The position numbers and the translations under genes are program-made. This document shows, in pieces, positions 47,535 to 51,275 of a DNA stretch of 51,275 nucleotides. The notes under the pieces were generated by a model. The model did not search any database. It saw only the letters and a program-made list of their open reading frames with translations, and had not been told where the DNA came from. Origin of the DNA: an uncultured Hyphomicrobiales bacterium. Its GTDB lineage: Bacteria; Pseudomonadota; Alphaproteobacteria; Rhizobiales; Aestuariivirgaceae. Numbering within the stretch: the stretch's first letter is position 1; each line of letters starts with the position of its first letter. The stretch is taken from the NCBI GenBank assembly GCA_903951595.1, contig CAJBCQ010000085.1, positions 1 to 51,275 of the forward strand, given 5' to 3'.

Positions 47535-48523
47535 GTCGTGCTGCGCCCCGTTGTCGGAACGCTGGTGCTGCGCTTAGGCGCTGTAACGGCAGCGGTCTTT
47601 TCATCTCTAAAAGCTGCCCGTGCAATCTCGGCAATGCCGCCAATGGAACCCATGAGTGACGACGCCTCCAGTGGCATCATCAGCACTTTCTGGTTCGGCG
47701 CACTGGCAATAGCTTCCAGCGCCTTCACATAATTATTGGCGACGAAATAGTTGATCGCCTGAATATCGCCCAAAGCAATCGCCTCACTCACCATGCGGGT
47801 TGCAACAGCTTCGGCTTCAGCTGCACGCTCACGCGCTTCAGCATCCCGGAAGGCGCTTTCACGGCGGCCTTCCGCGGCCAGAACCGCTGACTGCTTCAAG
47901 CCTTCCGCCTTCAAAATCTCCGCCTGCCGCAAGCCTTCGGCTTCCAGAATGGCCGCGCGCTTGTCACGCTCGGCCTTCATCTGGCGGCCCATGCTCTCCA
48001 CCAGATCGCGCGGCGGATTGATGTCCTTGATCTCAATGCGCGTCATCTTCACCCCCCAAGGGGCAGCAGCCTGATCGACAACCGCCAGCAAGCGGTGATT
48101 GATCTCATCACGCTGCGACAACAGATTATCCAGATCCATCGAGCCCATCACCGTGCGGATATTCGTCATGGTGAGGTTGAGAATGGCATTCTCCAGATTA
48201 TTCACCTCATAAGCAGCCCTGGCCGCATCCAGCAGCTGATAGAACGCCACGCCATCCACCGTCACCATCGCGTTATCGCGCGTGATAACCTCTTGGCTCG
48301 GCACCTGTAACACCTGCTCCATCATGTTGAGCTTGGAGCCGATCTGGTCGATGAACGGCACGATGATGCCCAGTCCGGGATGCAGGGTTCGCACATATTT
48401 GCCGAAGCGTTCCACGGTCAGATTATAGCCCTGCGGCACAATACGCACCGCACGCACAAGCCCAAACGCCAGCACGGCGAACAACACGAGGGAAAATACG
48501 CTGAAACCTTCAAGCTCTAGCAT
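47531..48523 (-). CDS. SPFH/band-7 (stomatin-like) protein
   Basis: The ATG at 48523 is preceded by GGAG at a 7-nt spacing; the track's TTG at 48553 was not used. TM anchor, then VRIVPQGY..VERFGKY, ITRDNAMVTVDGVAFYQ, and a coiled-coil tail. Confidence 0.9.
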   Translation of the reverse strand: MLELEGFSVFSLVLFAVLAFGLVRAVRIVPQGYNLTVERFGKYVRTLHPGLGIIVPFIDQIGSKLNMMEQVLQVPSQEVITRDNAMVTVDGVAFYQLLDAARAAYEVNNLENAILNLTMTNIRTVMGSMDLDNLLSQRDEINHRLLAVVDQAAAPWGVKMTRIEIKDINPPRDLVESMGRQMKAERDKRAAILEAEGLRQAEILKAEGLKQSAVLAAEGRRESAFRDAEARERAAEAEAVATRMVSEAIALGDIQAINYFVANNYVKALEAIASAPNQKVLMMPLEASSLMGSIGGIAEIARAAFRDEKTAAVTAPKRSTSVPTTGRSTT

Positions 48524-48574
48524 GGCAATCTCCAAAGATTTTTCAATTGGCAAGCACGTTCAAGGCCAGAAAGG

Positions 48575-49615
48575 TCAGATCCACCCCTGTAGTTCTTCCT
48601 CACAAAGCTTCGCCAGCATGGCAACCGATATGTCGGAATCATTCAAGCAAGGCACAACGGAGAACTTTTCTCCGCCATTTTCCTCGAAAGTTTCCTTTAG
48701 GCCAATGCCCAATTCCTCCAGCGTTTCCACGCAGTCAGATGAAAAGCCCGGTGCCATCATGACAATTTTTTTGATGCCCTGCCCCGGCAATGCCTCAATC
48801 GTGTCCTGGGCATAAGGCTTCAGCCATTCTTCCGTGCCAAAGCGCGATTGGAAAACAACCTTCATCTGCCCCGGCTTCAACCCGGCCTTTTGCGCCATCA
48901 AGCGGGCCGTCTTGAAGCAATGGCAGTGATAGGGATCGCCTTCCATCAGATACCGCTTCGGCAAGCCGTGGAACGAAGCCAAAATCAAATCCGGTTTCCA
49001 TTTCAGCGTCTTCAAATGCGCCTTCAGGCTTGCCGCCAACGCATCAATATGCGCCGGATGGTCGGCATAGGGCGGCAATGTACGCAAAGCAGGCTGCCAG
49101 CGCATTTTCATCATATGCTCGAAAGTCTTGTCGAGAACCGTCGCCGTCGTGGTGGCGGAATATTGCGGATAAAGTGGCGCAATCAAAATGCGCTCGCAGC
49201 CCTGGTCTTTCAACGCCTGAAAGCGCTCGGCGATAGATGGAAAGCCATAGCGCATGGCCCAATCCACAATCACATTGGGGTATTTCTGAAACGCCTTCGC
49301 CACGCCCTCGGCTTGCCCGCGCGTTATCGTTTTCAGCGGGCTTTCATTGCGCTCTTTATTCCAGATTTGCTCATAGGCATGCCCGCTCTTGCGCGGGCGG
49401 GTGGTCAGAATGATGCCGTTCAAAAGCGGCCACCACAAAAGCCGGTTGATGTCGATGACGCGCCGATCGGAAAGGAACTCCTTCAGATAGCGCCGCATGG
49501 ACCAATAATCAGTGGCCTCCGGCGTGCCGAGATTGATGAGCAGCACGCCCACTTTGCCTGTCTTTACAACAGGATGATCCTTGGGAAGCGCCATGGCGGG
49601 CCGCTTGGTCAGCAT
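48575..49615 (-). CDS. hemH: Ferrochelatase
   Basis: GVLLINLGTPE, YPQYSATTT, FHGLP, FQSRFG and APGFSSDCVETLEE are diagnostic. The start is set at the ATG at 49615 (GAAGGG 7 nt upstream). The ATG at 49621 and the TTG at 49633 are also possible. Confidence 0.9.
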   Translation of the reverse strand: MLTKRPAMALPKDHPVVKTGKVGVLLINLGTPEATDYWSMRRYLKEFLSDRRVIDINRLLWWPLLNGIILTTRPRKSGHAYEQIWNKERNESPLKTITRGQAEGVAKAFQKYPNVIVDWAMRYGFPSIAERFQALKDQGCERILIAPLYPQYSATTTATVLDKTFEHMMKMRWQPALRTLPPYADHPAHIDALAASLKAHLKTLKWKPDLILASFHGLPKRYLMEGDPYHCHCFKTARLMAQKAGLKPGQMKVVFQSRFGTEEWLKPYAQDTIEALPGQGIKKIVMMAPGFSSDCVETLEELGIGLKETFEENGGEKFSVVPCLNDSDISVAMLAKLCEEELQGWI

Positions 49616-49728
49616 TGTCATACCCTTCGTCAATTCGCGTCACTTTCTTAACCGGGAATGAACGGCTTTTCCGCAATTTAAGCGATACCAACCGAAAGGA
49701 CAGCCCCCGCGTGCGGACAAACCTTAAC

Positions 49729-50559
49729 ATGCCTTTACCTCGGGTTCTACGCTCCAGCCCCTTGATGGATCTCGGTCTTTTGGCCGCAGTGGGCGTGGCG
49801 GCCGGGGCATTTTGGGAAGGTCCGGGGGTGGTGGTGGCCCTTCTGGCCGGCAGCATCACCATTCCCCGGCTGGCGCGCACCCAGCAAAAGCAAATCCGCC
49901 GCTGCAAAACCTTGCGCCGCCTCATCTTGCAGCGCCGCTCCATGCCGAGGGCTCACACCAATGCTCATTTGGCCGAGGAGCTGAAAACGCCCATCAACGC
50001 CATTATTAGCTTTTCAGCCCTTTTGATGGATGACCGCCATGACCCGCGAAAGCCCGCGCAAGGCGAATATGTTCAGGCCATTCATGCCGCCAGCCGCCAG
50101 CTCAAAATGCAGCTGGACGCCATGCTCGAACTCGAACGTATTCAGGATGGCAGCCTCATTCTCCAGGAAAGAGACGCCGACCCGGTAGAGCTTGCCCATG
50201 TCGCTTTGCGCCTGTGCCAGCCAGAGGCCCGCGCAGCAGGCGTTCTGGTTAGCTTTGCGGCCGGGCGCGACAGCGTGGAAATTCAGGGCGACATTCCACG
50301 GCTGCAACAAATCCTCACAAACCTGATCCAGACCGCCATCGCCGCAGCCCCCATGCCCAGCACCGTGCGGGTGAGCTTTATCGACGCGCCCCAAGATGGG
50401 CTCTCCTTTCAGGTGGAGACAGGCACCCAGAAGGTCTTTCCGGCCAATATCAGCATGAAACACGCCGCAGCACTTGCCGAACTTCATGGCGGCACACTCG
50501 ACCTTGCGCCGGGCTTGGCCCGCGTCACCCTGCCTGCAGCCCGCGTCAAACGCGGGTGA
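49729..50559 (+). CDS. Membrane-anchored histidine-kinase-like protein with degenerate phospho-acceptor and ATP-binding motifs
   Basis: Two TM helices, then a DHp-like H-box reading AHLAEELKTPINAIISFSALL (consensus ..SHELRTPLNAIIGFSELL). The N-box reads ILTNLIQTAI, with no NA Asn. The G1 region reads VETGTQ. An alternative GVG-type start (GTG) lies at 49711. Confidence 0.65.
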   Translation: MPLPRVLRSSPLMDLGLLAAVGVAAGAFWEGPGVVVALLAGSITIPRLARTQQKQIRRCKTLRRLILQRRSMPRAHTNAHLAEELKTPINAIISFSALLMDDRHDPRKPAQGEYVQAIHAASRQLKMQLDAMLELERIQDGSLILQERDADPVELAHVALRLCQPEARAAGVLVSFAAGRDSVEIQGDIPRLQQILTNLIQTAIAAAPMPSTVRVSFIDAPQDGLSFQVETGTQKVFPANISMKHAAALAELHGGTLDLAPGLARVTLPAARVKRG

Positions 50560-50599
50560 AGCTTGCAAGCCAAGGCCGGTTGGGGCTAGCTTCAAATCC

Positions 50600-51275
50600 A
50601 TGAGTCAGCGTTACAAACCGCCTCACCTTGCCTTTGTTGGTGCCGCCCATGTGGAAGGCCCAAAAGGCTGCCAAGCCGTGCTTTTCGGTGCCCCGCACGG
50701 CACGCCCTATCCCCTCATCAACAACCGCGTGCATGAGGATACCCCCCAAGCCCTGCGTGCTGCTCTGGCCGAGGATGCCCACTGGAAAAACCATTGGGAT
50801 TTTGATTTGGGCGGAACGCTCGACGGCGGGCGTGATTTCCGCTTCGGCGATTTGGGGGATATCCGCACCCTGCCCGATGACGGTCCCGGCAACCGCAATC
50901 TCATTGGCCAAACCACGACAGAAATTCTCGATGCCGGTGCCGTGCCCATCATGATCGGCGGCGATGACAGCACACCCATTCCCTTCATCGCAGCCTTCAG
51001 CAAACACGGCCCCCTCACCATCCTGCAGATCGACGCGCATATTGATTGGCGCGAGGAACGCCGGGGGGAACGCTATGGTTTCTCCAGCACCATGCGACGG
51101 GCTTCCGAAATGGGCCATGTGCAGACCATCATCCATGCAGGCACCCGCGCGCTTGGCAGTGCCCGCGAAGCTGATGTCATGGCGGCGCGCAATTGGGGTG
51201 CCCACATCATCACCGCCCGCCAAATCCTGGCCGAGGGCGTTGCACCCGTTCTGAACCTCATCCCCCAGGGTGCCA
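50600..51275 (+). CDS. Ureohydrolase (agmatinase/arginase family), 5' partial; runs off the window
   Basis: The frame is open from the ATG at 50600 to the window end, so it is absent from the ORF track. The motifs are IMIGGDDSTPIPF (GGDHS position, with D for H) and LQIDAHIDWR (DAHxD). Confidence 0.8.
   Translation, partial: MSQRYKPPHLAFVGAAHVEGPKGCQAVLFGAPHGTPYPLINNRVHEDTPQALRAALAEDAHWKNHWDFDLGGTLDGGRDFRFGDLGDIRTLPDDGPGNRNLIGQTTTEILDAGAVPIMIGGDDSTPIPFIAAFSKHGPLTILQIDAHIDWREERRGERYGFSSTMRRASEMGHVQTIIHAGTRALGSAREADVMAARNWGAHIITARQILAEGVAPVLNLIPQGA

Noticed and set aside
50546-51223. 225-aa ORF on the minus strand, the only track ORF covering the window end.
   Set aside because: The plus-strand frame from the ATG at 50600 is open to the window end and carries ureohydrolase motifs (GGDDS, DAHID). 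The minus ORF has no motifs and is the shadow frame.
1-51275. CRISPR arrays, rRNA genes, toxin-antitoxin pairs or known defence systems.
   Set aside because: There are no regularly spaced direct repeats, no rRNA-like sequence, and no small two-gene cassettes with recognisable toxin or antitoxin folds. None were found on either strand.

Overview
The window is a dense, GC-rich chromosomal segment with about 50 genes. By gene content it is alphaproteobacterial: split pntAA/pntAB/pntB transhydrogenase, CpdR, RcdA (DUF1465), GapR (DUF2312), a TacA-like sigma-54 response regulator, and DUF1013/DUF1192/DUF1244/DUF1036 proteins. Most of it is housekeeping: prpE-like acyl-CoA ligase, rpmE, rpmJ, pyk, gltBD, galE/galU, hemH, pepF, an ABC1 kinase, an L,D-transpeptidase plus DUF882 endopeptidase pair, a lytic transglycosylase, an NfeD/SPFH pair, hsp20, ltaE and tRNA-Val(GAC). 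I found no CRISPR array, integrase, transposase, rRNA or recognisable defence genes.

The least ordinary stretch is about 27.0-30.3 kb. It holds an oversized acidic-loop outer-membrane beta-barrel gene. This is followed by two abutting paralogous RimK-type ATP-grasp ligase genes with no visible substrate or partner gene, lying against the 3' end of tRNA-Val in sequence that looks more AT-rich by eye.

Other points worth a second look:
- Orphan minus-strand intrinsic terminators that imply small RNAs (31.83-31.96 kb and the ltaE-gltB spacer).
- A histidine-kinase-like protein whose phospho-acceptor His is Glu.
- An SGNH-fold protein lacking the canonical Ser and His.
- A frameshifted quinone oxidoreductase.
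- A sigma-32/ROSE-like leader on hsp20.
- A small family of REP-like hairpins, one of which supplies the C-terminus of NfeD.

All family assignments come from motif recognition by eye. No searches or statistics were run.
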